64,000 nucleotides of DNA from Octopus sinensis. Taxonomy: Eukaryota. The stretch is taken from positions 69,130,001-69,194,000 of the forward strand of contig NC_043002.1 of the NCBI RefSeq assembly GCF_006345805.1, in the 5' to 3' direction. The notes under the pieces were generated by a model. The model searched no databases. It saw only the letters and a program-made list of their open reading frames with translations, and was not told where the DNA came from. The translations under genes were made by a program, and so were the position numbers. Of the stretch, positions 1-13,172 are shown one piece after another (position 1 is the first letter of the stretch; every line of letters begins with the position of its first letter).

Positions 1-458
1 ACTTACATGGTCTTTAGTTTAGTCCCTCCAAGTGACATGTTGTGCAAGTGTCTTCTATAACTCTGGGCTGACCAATTTTTTTTTTGTGAGTGAAATTGGT
101 AGACAGGAGTTGTATTTGTATGTTTATGTCTGTCTGTATATTGGCACTGCTTGGTGGGGGAAAAGTGAAATAACAAAAACAGATATCTTTATGTTCTATA
201 ACTTAGTATTGCAAGAAATAGTGATTAAGATCAGTCCCAGACTTGAAAATATATACTGGGATCTGTATGTTCGACAACAAAAATTTCTAGACACTTTAAT
301 AGTATGGTTGGAGTTGAACGACTGAAACATGTTAAAGAATACACTGTTCCAAAGACCAGTTTAACAATGAACTAATGAGGTTATTTTATGAAATCTCTCC
401 GAATATTTCATTATCTCTTGAATTAATTGGAACAAAATCACTGTATTTCATTAGAAAT

Positions 459-618
459 CATCATCATCATTGTTTAGCGTCCGTTTTCCATGCTAGCATG
501 GGTTGGACGGTTCTACTGGGGTCTGTGAAGCCAGAAGGCTTCATCAGGCCCAGTCAAATCTGGCAGTGTTTCTACGGCTGGATGCCCTTCCTAACGGCAA
601 CCACTCCGTGAGTGTAGT
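459..618 (-). mobile_element. RTE-type LINE 3' end with (CAT)n tail, young subfamily
   Basis: (CAT)n followed by gtttagcgtccgttttccatgctagcatgggttggacgg; near-identical to the inverted copy at about 10990-11150. Confidence 0.8.
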
Positions 619-1045
619 CATGAAAGGGTTTAGCAATGAGACTAGGATCAGGCAGCTACTAGGTGGGTTTTGTGAGATCAAACGGCTTTCACACAATGTC
701 TATGTTGGCATTTAATGTCAAAAAGCTGGACAGAAATCACCAAGGCCAAATATTATGCCTCACTGCGATTACATTATAATTGTAGTTTGATGAGCAGACA
801 AAATCAAACTCTTTAATTGATTTCAAATATAGCTGTTGTTTACGGTTTGATTTGATTTTCTTCCTTTGGCTCTTTTGTATTTTTGCTTTTTTTTTTTAAA
901 CTTTTATTTTCATTTAAATGTTTAAATTCTTTCATTTGTCCATTGATTTGTTTTTTTTTTCTTTTTATTCATCAAATTTCTTTGTTTTATATAGAATCTC
1001 TTTGTTTCTTTCTTTTCTTTTTTTCTTTTAACTTTTTAACTTTAA

Positions 1046-1270
1046 CCTTTTTGTTATCAACCCACCTGAGACTGACCCCCTGATTCTATGATACTAACTT
1101 ATTGTTTTAAATCATTTTAAACTAAAAGCTTCCATCAAAAATTTTGTGTTAATTTATGTTCTAACACCAGCTTAATAATGACAGTTTTTTTTACTAAAAT
1201 CTTTGTTATTTTTTAAAATGAAATGAAACAATGGCAGCATATCTCAACAGAAATATATTAACAAAAGAAG
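1046..1270. mobile_element. piggyBac-type MITE, second family, decayed
   Basis: TTAA|cctttttgtta ... taacaaaagaag|TTAA. Confidence 0.55.
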
Positions 1271-1731
1271 TTAATTCCTTCATTCATTCACTCTTTAATT
1301 TCTTTATTCTCTTTAGCTTCTCTATTCATTCTTTTATTAGTTTCTTCATTCTTTGGTTTCATCATTATCCAATTTCTTCATTTTTTTAAATTAACTTTTT
1401 CATTTGTTCTGTCTTCCATTTATTTATCTTTTGCTTTCTCAGTCTTATTTTTTTTCTGCTTTTTTTTTTCTATGTTATTTCTTCATTCTATCTTTCTTTA
1501 ATTTAGTTTATTATTTTTCTCTTTATCTTCATTCTTCCTATATTTATCATCTTCATTCTTTCTATTATTACTTTCTTCACTTTCTCTCTCAATAGTTTTC
1601 ACAAAATTTCTATCTTCAGTTTTTAATTTTTTTTTTCTCTCAGAAGATTTTCTCTTGCTTAATGTCAATGAGACAAAAACTGAATGTTGCTTTAATCTAT
1701 GTTGCTCAAAACGAGTGAATAGACTAATTAG

Positions 1732-1764
<33 letters not shown>

Positions 1765-4700
1765 CCCACTGAATTCACACGTGAGGCAAAATCATATCTT
1801 GTCCTAGTTAAAGTTATATAACTATCTTCACTATTTATTTTATTTACATTTGTTTCTTTGTCTCATCTCTCAATATCTTTGTATATCTTTAATTAAGCCC
1901 TGTTTTTTCTATTTTCTTGATTTCTCTCCCTCTAGTTTACAACAGTTGGTAATGGTATTTGATTCACCAGTCATTGGCGATTGGTAAATCTATACCAACA
2001 AATGCATTACCTGCATTGAAATTTACTTTGTAGGGTTCATTTTTTTAATATTTTAATTTAGTCAAAAGAAAATAGCAAGAGACCTTTGCATGTGCTACCA
2101 AACTGACAAAATCAATGTAGCTCATGTTCATTTAGAATTTGTGTAGATCAGTGTCTACCATGAGGGGTGGGGGGCATGGATAGAAAAGGAATTTATTTGC
2201 AAGGGTTGCAGACCTAAGGAAGAATATTCAGACAATGTGTACTTAGAACTGGATCTGTTGGGGCAGAAATATAGTCTGGGTACAAAAGAAGGAGGGATGT
2301 ATGAGTTAGGATTGTATGGATATGTGATGTAGAGCAGCTATTAGAGGTATAGGAGGCAGTGAAAAGAAACAATGATCTGTGAATCTGTTTTTGTAATGTG
2401 CTAGTGATTGTGGTTTTCCCAATGATCCAAACACCCTAACTGCAGCACTGCTCCATGCATATAATCAGTATTACATAGTGGGATACTCTAAGATTTTGTA
2501 AAGAATTTGCTACTGAATAGAACCAGAAACTTTTTTTTTCCCTAAAGCAGGAGCCTCGTCTTTAGGATATGATTTGAATAGCGCTATATATGTGAAAAAC
2601 TTTTGAGATTGTGGTGCTCAGCATTTTTGTCATAATTTTCATGGTTTATTTATGTGTTGTTTATAAGAAGAGCATGGTATAAGACTTTCATTGGTATATG
2701 TAGTAACTGAGTCTTTGTGCTATTGAAGAGACTAGATCATCATCATATCCCATTTGGAAATTGTTTTGAAATCTCTGTTCCTGGAGGTTGTATAAATGTT
2801 TACATTGTATGTGTATGGCACCAGTGTGTTAAAGGAATAAAGATTGGTATAATTTTTGTAGGAGAAAGAGAGAGTGAGTATGTGGGTAGGTGGGTGGGTT
2901 GTTCTTTTTAAATAAGTCTCCAATCTCGTGCTTTTGTGCCTTTTGTTAAAACATGTCAGTACAACTGATATCATATATGAAGACTTTCTATATTTCACCT
3001 CATTTTGTTTTTTCTCTGTTCATTATTGTGATCCTATTCTTTGCCATATCTTCTGCTCTGAGATTAAAAAATGAATATAAATTAATTAAATTACGATTTA
3101 ATATTAGGATTCAAAGGTAAATTAGGAATTAAAAATTATCTGTTTTAAAGGTCTCTTTAAAAGAATTTAGACCATTTAGTTAATCACTCTAGCAAAATGT
3201 TATAAATAGATTGTAACCATTTATTGTAATTATGATTGACTGATAAAGTCTTGGAATAATCTGAGTAATTGATTTTCTTTCTGAAGATATTCAAGTTCTC
3301 ATTTTTCTTTTTGGTTGTAACACAGTTAAATGATTCAGTATAATGATATATTGAAGTCCTTCTCTTATAAACTCCGAAGAGAAATGAATCTCTAGTGGAA
3401 ATTGAACTCAGCTTCTACAATGTGTGCAAATTTTGCAATTTTAATCTAAATTTATGAACAGTTCCATGATTCAATTTCCTAAATGTAAATATTCATATAA
3501 CTGACTTTTCTACTCTTTTCTCTTGTAATCTACTGAGAGATTTAGTCAGTCTTCAATCATTTTTAGCATGTTTGATTTTTGGGTTAGTCCCAACTGTTAG
3601 TTCAGAGAGTTTCAACCATAACAAAATTCTGCTGCACTTAAAGCTCTCATTAATATTGGAATTACTTAAAACTGATAATTGTGTTGATATTAGATTCATA
3701 TTTAATCAGAGGGAATCCTTGAATTTATTTCAATATGTTTTTATATAAACTGTGCAGTGCATGAATTGTTTGTATCTCTAGATTATTTCATAGACTTTAT
3801 TGGATTGATACTGTATGGTTGAGTTTAAGCTACAAATAATGATAATAAAAATAATCACACTTAGTTGACATTGAGACACCCTATCATGAGATAAGCTTAT
3901 TTAACTGGATTAATCTTTTATCTGAAATGAGAAAGAATAAAGAGGAAAGAAAAATGTGTGTTATTTATTTGAAATTGTGCAAATATCTTTCAGGTTAAAA
4001 AAATACGGATGAAATGTTTAGTTAAATTCTGAGAATATATTTAATATTATTTTAGGGTGATTCATTAATTTTATGTCCAATTTTGCTGTGCTAGAATGAA
4101 TTAGACAAATATCTTACTGAGGCATTGTTTTATAGCCACATGCCTTTCCCAATATTGACCCTTGCAGTGAATGCCATGACTTCCAAATGAATGAATATCA
4201 GTGGTTAATAGACACTGACATGCATGCATGCAGTTGGTTTCTTTTTCAGTTTCTGTGTCCCAGGCTAGTGTAGAAGACATTTGGCCACGGTGCTGTGCAC
4301 TGAGACTGAACCAGAGACCACTTAGTTGAAAAGTGAACTTCTTAACCATACAAACGTCTGCTCCTGTTTATTTAATTAAAACTAGTTAATGTAGGGTTGC
4401 GAAAATCAAATATGTCTCTTTAAAAACTGTAATTCTAATTTTTAGTCCTTTGGTTCCTTTTTAGTCATTATGTTTAAAATCATACTGGAGCACCTTCATT
4501 AACTTTTAGAAATGTGTAATATGGTAAGTGATTTCTTTGTGTTGTTATGATATATCTAAATGAGTAAAGAATTGATTTCTTAAATAGACATAAACACTAA
4601 AACTGCAGAAGTCTTTGTGATGTTCAGGCCATTCTTCATAACATTGACAGTGTGATCTATGCAGCAATTGAAACAGTCATCATGGATCACTGTATTATAA

Positions 4701-5604
4701 GTTTACCTGTTGTTGAAGGAAGATCAATATATCAACACCTGTCTTCCTAATATGGACTTATTTTGTTTTGGAATGATTTTACATCAGATTTCTATGCCAG
4801 CATGAACTTGAATGGTTCTGTTAATTTTGGATTTTTACACACGTTTTGATTGGAGCAAGTCTTTTACATTGAGATGACGCTTTTATCTTAACACTAATGA
4901 TGAAATGCAACTGGTAAAATGTTTACAGAGATGTCATCTGAAGTAAATATAAGTTACATCCATAGATAAGCCAATGGCACAACAAAGGCTGTATTATGCT
5001 TTTATCTTGTGATCTTGTTGTACCTAACAACTTTCCACCTTGATTACACAACCGATTTATTTATTAAAATAAAGTGAACAAACTAATTTGAATTATGTTT
5101 CATTATCTTCCTCAGTAAGTTCTTTTGACTTCTCTCGTTCATTGTTCTATATTGCTATTTCTGCACTTTTAGTACAAAATATTGCATTCAAACTTATTAC
5201 TAGACATATTAATCCTGATCAGTTTTCCAGTATTTTCATAGACAGACCTAACTGCTGGTCAGATTACTTCATAACTGAAACAAGCTTTTTTTTAGTTAGA
5301 CATCTATCCTATTTTCAGCTGTTTACTGCTCTTCATTATTACTGCTTTGCTGTTGTAAACTTTATCTTATATAGTCATGTTTATAAGTCTAATACATTTG
5401 TTAAAATTTGGATTCAGGTTGGCTAGCTGGACTAACTTCCAGATTTTAGTATTTTCCACATGGTTACACAACTGTTTAAGAAGTTCACTTAATGACCATA
5501 TGGTTCTGGGTGTAGGACTTTAAATCAGTATATTTTAGTATAACCATGGATTAACAAATGCTTTGTGAATAGAATTTGGTAAACAGAACGTGCGCACAAC
5601 TCTG

Positions 5605-5646
<42 letters not shown>

Positions 5647-7898
5647 ACATACACACATGTGCGATGGATTCTGTTGTCGGGAACAACAAATTATGTAAAA
5701 TAAAGCGTTAATCATGTTCTATGGACATGAATGTGTCTCTTGAGGCCTGCTGGTGACTTGCAAGCCATTTTTGGCAAAAGGAACAAATTGAGGACTCAAG
5801 CTTGAGTGCTTGTGGATCATTCACTATGTGTCTTTTTGAGTGGATGGCAAGGCCTGCTTTGCTTCATGCTACAAAACCATTATTACTGCTATGCTGTTGT
5901 AACCTTTATTTTATCTATATATCATCATCATCATCATCATATTTTAGTGTTCATTTTTCCATACTCACCTCACCTGTTTTCATATAAGGTAATATTTCCC
6001 CATACCCAAGCATAAATAGCAAACATACACACATATGCATACATGCATGCACACAACGGGCTTCCATACAATTTTCTTTCACTAATTCCAGAAACGTATG
6101 ACCAGTAATATCACTGTTCAGAAAATTGATTTTAAAAGTAATAATAAAGCTGACTTTTGTTAGTACAATGTTAGTTTGCATTTTCACTTGAAACTAGTGT
6201 AAGTCCTGTTTCATTTCATTCACACTTAATTACACAAGCTTCTTTTTTACATTTGTCAAAACATTAGATTTTTATCATTACTTTCTTAACACACCTGTTT
6301 ATTTTCACAATCTACCTGCTCAGAGTATCTTCACACACACATTTGTATATAAAAGATTCTCTGCCGTGTATGTGTATGTTTACTTTTAGCAAAAAACTTT
6401 TGCATCCACCAATACTTTCTGCATTATACATGAACAGTTGAAGTAAGTCTACCCAGTTGTTTTTCAGACATAGCTGTTTTGAAGATGACAACTAAAAATA
6501 AGTCAGTAGCAGTTTATATGATGTTATATAATAAGCCAACCTACTTAAAATTAAATATGTTTGCTGTTCTATATCCCTTGTGTTGTTGCTTACTATAGCT
6601 GAGTGATGACACGCATATAACCTGACAGGCTTTTCTTTCTCACTTACTATTAGATATCAGAAGATACTTTCTACAATTTCTGTAGGTATGCTTTAGAAAA
6701 ACAGAACTCTTATTTATGTTTTCTTTAACGCTCTACTTAGTTCCTCATTGTCATGCTTCTCAACCAGAGCTTTCCTATTATATCAACAATATGGCTGAAG
6801 TGAAATACCTCAGGGAAGAGTTCTGCATACTGAATGCAAAAAACAAAGCAAAACAGGACATACACACACACACTTTGCTTAACAGAAATTATCTACGCAA
6901 TTACTGGATAAAATTTCCGTGTAGTGGTGCCTACAATTTACTTACAGCGAGGGGATAATTCTAGTAAAATCTATTCATTTAAATTATAGAGAGGAAAAAG
7001 AGAAAATGCAGTATAGAAGTAGATCTGCTCTTTAAAAAGGCAACTGGTAAAAGTAACTGAAATGTTTTGGTGTTATTCAGCCTCTTTAGCAAAGCACATC
7101 TTACCATTTATGATCACTTTTAGTCTTACCTTTATAGAAGACCAAATCCTCTCCCTTACTGCATCTTCCTCATCATCATTTTGATGCCCACTTATCCATA
7201 CTTGCATGTGTTAGAAATAATTTATTGAGGCAGATTTTCTAAAGCTTCCAGTTGCCTACTCTCACCTGTTACCAAGTAAGGTAATATTTTCCCATGCCGA
7301 GACATGTTTTTTATGGATGATTGGAAATGAATGACACCTTGAATGAGGATTGTTTACAACCATCATATGATAACAAAGCCAGGAGACAGACAGATAGACA
7401 CTAATTTCAGTTTCTGTCTACCAAATCCACTCACTAGGCCAAGGGCTGTAGTAGAAAACACTTGCTCTAGGTACCCTGCAATGGGACTGAACCTGAGACC
7501 ACATGATTGGGAAGCAAGATTTTTAACTGCATGACCAAGCCTGTCCATTTCCATATTTTCCAAAATTTGCAATTGATGGATCATATTGCAGTTATTATTC
7601 CTTCTTTATTGACTTTAGATTTTAAGCACAACAAGAGGGAGCTTTTAGTCTACTAAATGCATGGGTAATCTCAGTTAACTGAAGTTTTTCTAGTCGTAGT
7701 ACATATATGAAATCTGCATGTTTAACATATGCAGAATGCTCCCCTGAGGTATTGTCCCTTGACCATATTGTTAATATTCATAACCTTCTTCACTACACTC
7801 CCTCTATTTCTTAATATATATGTGTGTGTGTGTGTGTATTTCGTTTTTGGATTTGGTTTGCAAGATTCTTTATGTGAGTTCGTGTATTGAAGCATATT

Positions 7899-8077
7899 CT
7901 GTTGTGTCTGGGGAGAGTCATTTTCTTTTTGTGCCTTATAATTTAACAAGACTATTGAAAAGGTTGCAAGATGCAATGAAAATTTTAGGAAGATAAAAAG
8001 AAATAAGTGGAAATTTTACTGGTGAGTGTGTTAAATTATAAGGCACAAAAGAAAATGACTCTCCCCAGACACAACAG
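7899..8077. repeat. ~50-bp inverted repeat with an 80-bp spacer, abutting the large microsatellite
   Basis: ctgttgtgtctggggagagtcattttc...atttaaca (7899-7948) versus its reverse complement (8029-8077); one 1-bp indel. Confidence 0.9.
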
Positions 8078-8104
8078 TTTATATATATATATATAATATA
8101 TATA

Positions 8105-8147
<43 letters not shown>

Positions 8148-8858
8148 TATATATGTATATGTATATATATGTATATGTATATGTATATATATGTATGTTA
8201 TATATATGTATATGTATATATGTATATGTATATATATGTATATGTATATATGGTATATGTATATGTATATATGTATATGTATATATATGTATATGTATAT
8301 ATGTATATGTATATATATGTATATGTATATATATGTATATGTATATATATATATATGTATATATATGTATATATATGTATATGTATATATATGTATATAT
8401 ATATATATGTATATGTATATATATGTATATGTATATATATGTATATGTATATATGTATATGTATATATATATGTATATATATATGTGTATATGTATATAT
8501 ATATATGTATATGTATATATATATGTATATGTATATATGTATATGTATATATATATGTATATGTATATATATATGTATATATATATATAATATATATATA
8601 TATATATGTATATATATATGTATATATATATATGTAATATATATATATAATGTATATATATATATATGTATGTATATATATATGTATGTATATATATATA
8701 TATATATGTGTATATATATATATATGTATGTATATTATATATATATGTATGTATATATATATATATGTGTATATGTATATATATATATATATGTGTGTAT
8801 ATATATATATATGTTGTAATATATATATATATATATGTGTATATATATATATATATTG

Positions 8859-8891
<33 letters not shown>

Positions 8892-10121
8892 GTGTATATG
8901 TATATATATATATATAGTGTATATGTATATATATATATATGTGTATATGTATATATATATATATGTGTATATGTATATATATATATATATGTGTATATGT
9001 ATATATATATATATATGTGTATATGTATATATATATATATGTGTATATGTATATATATATGTGTATGTGTATATGTATATATATATGTGTATATGTATAT
9101 ATTATATATATGTGTATATGTATATATATATATATGTGTATATGTATATATATATATGTGTATATGTATATATATATATATGTGTATATGTTATATATAT
9201 GTGTATATGTATATATATGTGTATATGTATATATATATATATGTGTATATGTATATATATATATATGTGTATATGTATATATATATATATGTGTATATGT
9301 GTATATATATATATGTGTATATGTATATATATATATATGTGTATATGTATATATATATATATGTGTATATGTATATATATATATATGTGTATATGTATAT
9401 ATATATATATGTGTATATTATATATATATATATGTGTATATGTATATATATATATATGTGTATATGTATATATATATATATATGTGTATATGTATATATA
9501 TATATGTGTATATGTATATATATATATATGTGTATATGTATATATATATATATGTGTATATGTATATATATATATATATGTGTATATGTATATATATATA
9601 TATGTGTATATGTATATATATATATATGTGTATATGTATATATATATATATGTGTATATGTATATATATATATATGTGTATATGTATATATATATATGTG
9701 TATATGTATATATATATATGTGTATATGTATATATATATATGTGTATATGTATATATATATATATGTGTATATGTATATATATATATATGTGTATATGTA
9801 TATATGTATATATATGTATATATGTATATATGTATATATGTATATATATGTATATATGTATATATATGTATATATGTATATATATGTATATATATATATG
9901 TATATATGTATATATGTATATATGTATATATGTATATATATATGTATATATGTATATATATGTATATATATATATATATGTATATATGTATATATATGTA
10001 TATATATGTATATATGTGTATATATGTATATATATGTATATATATGTATATATGTATATATATGTATATATATGTATATATGTATATATATGTATATATA
10101 TATATATAATGTATATATATG

Positions 10122-10152
<31 letters not shown>

Positions 10153-10424
10153 TGTATATATATATATATGTATATATATGTATATATGTATATATATGTA
10201 TATATGTATATATATGTATATATGTATATATGTATATATATATATATGTATATATGTGTATATATGTATATATATATATGTATATGTGTATATGTGTATA
10301 TATGTATATATATATATGTATATATGTATATGTATATATGTATATGTATATATGTATATATGTATATATATATATGTATATATATATATGTATATATGTA
10401 TATATATATATATATGTATATATG

Positions 10425-10475
<51 letters not shown>

Positions 10476-10594
10476 GTGTATATATATGTATATGTATATA
10501 TATATATGTGTATATATATGTATATATATATATTATATATGTATATGGTATAATATATATTATATGTATATGTATATATATATATATGTGTATA

Positions 10595-10659
<65 letters not shown>

Positions 10660-10887
10660 GTGTATATATATGTGTTATATATCTATATATATATGTATAT
10701 GTATATTATATGTTATATATATTATTATATATATATATATATGTATATGTATATATATATATATGGTATATATATGTATATATATATATGTATATGTATA
10801 TATATATATATGTGTATATATATGTATATATATATATATGTGTATATATATATGTATATGTATGTATATATATATATATATATGTAT
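8078..10887. repeat. ~2.8-kb compound (TA)n-derived microsatellite with TATG, TATATG and TATGTG higher-order blocks
   Basis: Read directly; for example ~20-24-bp (TA)n-TGTGTATATG units at about 8870-9790. Confidence 0.97.
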
Positions 10888-11148
10888 CTGGCCCTCGTGC
10901 CGGTGGCACATAAAAAGCACCATCCGTTCGTGGCCGTTTGCCAGCTCTGTCTGGCACCAGTGCGGGTGGCACGTAAAAAGCACCCACTACACTCACGGAG
11001 TGGTTGGCGTTAGGAAGGGCATCCAGCCGTAGAAACACTGCCAGATTTGACTGGGCCTGATGAAGCCTTCTGGCTTCACAGACCCCAGTAGAACCGTCCA
11101 ACCCATGCTAGCATGGAAAACGGACGCTAAATGATGATGATGATGATG

Positions 11149-11150
<2 letters not shown>
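10888..11150 (+). mobile_element. RTE-type LINE 3' UTR fragment with (ATG)n tail, young, inserted in the microsatellite
   Basis: ggtggcacgtaaaaagcacc repeat units and a ccaacccatgctagcatggaaaacggacg-(ATG)n end; CpGs retained. Confidence 0.85.
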
Positions 11151-11240
<90 letters not shown>

Positions 11241-11264
11241 GTATATATATATATATTATATATG

Positions 11265-11317
<53 letters not shown>

Positions 11318-11320
11318 GTG

Positions 11321-11406
<86 letters not shown>

Positions 11407-11715
11407 GTGTAAAAGTTTTTAATTCTCATCTCACTAAATTTATCCAGCTATGTGTATCTAGTACACTCTTCGCCTTGAATGTAATGATATATGTATAATA
11501 TATGGCGTGTACTGGTACACCGGCGATTATAATTAATTTTATTGTATCGCATTTATCTTTGTTTACATATTCTCTCGATAAATTTCTGACCGTTAGAGGA
11601 TATACCACAATCCCCTATTTTGTCGGGTTTGTTCGAGTCTGCGCAGTGTTTTGAATAGTTTAGAAAGAGCATTTCGATAGACGCACATGGATCTATTGGT
11701 ATGGTCTTTCCATCA

Positions 11716-11806
11716 TTAACAGGAATCTTACTGAAGAGCCAGCCTGAGTAAATAAATACTATTTTTATTACTGAATTTGGCGAAACTGCGGTATAAGAAA
11801 AGTTAA
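11716..11806 (+). ncRNA. Type I hammerhead ribozyme, copy 1 (predicted cleavage after GUA at 11793)
   Basis: Stem I TTAAC-aggaa-TCTTA / TAAGA-aaa-GTTAA; core CTGAAGA 11731-11737; stem II GCCAG...TTGGC; GAAA 11782-11785; stem III ACTGCGGT. Confidence 0.85.
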
Positions 11807-12118
11807 GTTTGTAAAAGTTTTTAATTCTCATCTCACTAAATTTATCCAGCTATTTGTATCTAGTACACTCTTCGCCTTGAATGTAATGATATATGTATAA
11901 TATATGGCGTGTACTGGTACACCGGCGATTATAATTAATTTTATTGTATCGCATTTATCTTTGTTTACATATTCTCTCGATAAATTTCTGACCGTTAGAC
12001 GATATACCACAATCCCCTATTTTGTCGGGTTTGTTCGGAGTCTGCGCAGTGTTTTGAATAGTTTAGAAAGAGCATTTCGATAGACGCACATGGATCTATT
12101 GGTATGGTCTTTCCATCA

Positions 12119-12209
12119 TTAACAGGAATCTTACTGAAGAGCCAGCCTGAGTAAATAAATACTATTTTTATTACTGAATTTGGCGAAACTGCGGTATAAG
12201 AAAAGTTAA
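12119..12209 (+). ncRNA. Type I hammerhead ribozyme, copy 2 (predicted cleavage after 12196)
   Basis: Same sequence as copy 1; core CTGAAGA 12134-12140. Confidence 0.85.
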
Positions 12210-12522
12210 GTTTGTAAAAGTTTTTAATTCTCATCTCACTAAATTTATCCAGCTATTGTGTATCTTGTACACTCTTCGCCTTGAATGTAATGATATATGT
12301 ATAATATATGGCGTGTACTGGTACACCGGCGATTATAATTAATTTTATTGTATCGCATTTATCTTTGTTTACATATTCTCTCGATAAATTTCTGACCGTT
12401 AGACGATATACCACAATCCCCTATTTTGTCGGGTTTGTTCGGAGTCTGCGCAGTGTTTTGAATAGTTTAGAAAGAGCATTTCGATAGACGCACATGGATC
12501 TATTGGTATGGTCTTTCCATCA

Positions 12523-12613
12523 TTAACAGGAATCTTACTGAAGAGCCAGCCTGAGTAAATAAATACTATTTTTATTACTGAATTTGGCGAAACTGCGGTA
12601 TAAGAAAAGTTAA
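12523..12613 (+). ncRNA. Type I hammerhead ribozyme, copy 3 (predicted cleavage after 12600)
   Basis: Same sequence as copy 1; core CTGAAGA 12538-12544. Confidence 0.85.
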
Positions 12614-12922
12614 GTTTGTAAAAGTTTTTAATTCTCATCTCACTAAATTTATCCAGCTATTGTGTATCTAGTACACTCTTCCCTTGAATGTAATGATATA
12701 TGTATAATATATGGCGTGTACTGGTACACCGGCGATTATATTAATTTTATTGTATCGCATTTATCTTTGTTTACATATTCTCTCGATAAATTTCTGACCG
12801 TTAGACGATATACCACATCCCCTATTTTGTCGGGTTTGTTCGGAGTCTGCGCAGTGTTTTGAATAGTTTAGAAAGAGCATTTCGATAGACGCACATGGAT
12901 CTATTGTATGGTCTTTCCATCA

Positions 12923-13010
12923 TTAACAGGAATCTTACTGAAGAGCAGCCTGAGTAAATAATACTATTTTTATTACTGAATTTGGCGAAACTGCGGTATA
13001 GAAAAGTTAA
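12923..13010 (+). ncRNA. Type I hammerhead ribozyme, copy 4 (predicted cleavage after 12998), with three 1-bp deletions
   Basis: Core intact; GCAG replaces GCCAG, one A is lost within stem II, and TAGA replaces TAAGA. These may be sequencing errors. Confidence 0.7.
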
Positions 13011-13172
13011 GTTTGTAAAAGTTTTTTATTCTCATCTCACTAAATTTATCCAGCTATTGTGTATCTAGTACACTCTTCGCCTTGATGTAATGATATATGT
13101 ATAATATATGGCGTGTACTGGTACACCGGCGATATAATTAATTTTATTGTATCGCATTTATCTTTGTTTACA

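Noticed and set aside
850-1650. F/L/S-rich ORFs (also 31856-32272 and 42092-42379)
   Set aside because: Low-complexity pyrimidine/purine tracts or antisense SINE sequence.
4560-4750. Short protein-like frames (INTKTAEVFVMFRPFFITLTV; CDVQAILHNIDSVIYAAIETVIMDH)
   Set aside because: Weak acceptors, no recognisable homology and no consistent exon chain. An upstream gene's last exon cannot be excluded.
8143-11032. Very long ORFs (up to 787 aa) made of Y/I/M/C/V
   Set aside because: Translation of (TA)n/TATG microsatellite, which lacks stops in these frames; not genes.
11057-11075. Other CTGATGA hits (about 11057, 14790, 16245, 22875, and 31836 on the - strand)
   Set aside because: No downstream stem II-GAAA-stem III-UH arrangement, so they are not hammerheads.
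11426-12862. Repeated 60-92 aa ORFs in the 404-bp units (MRIKNFYKL..., MVYPLTVRN..., and an SLDKFLTV stretch resembling a GPCR DRY motif)
   Set aside because: No frame is open across a unit, frames shift between units, and no domain is recognisable. The hammerhead explains the unit better.
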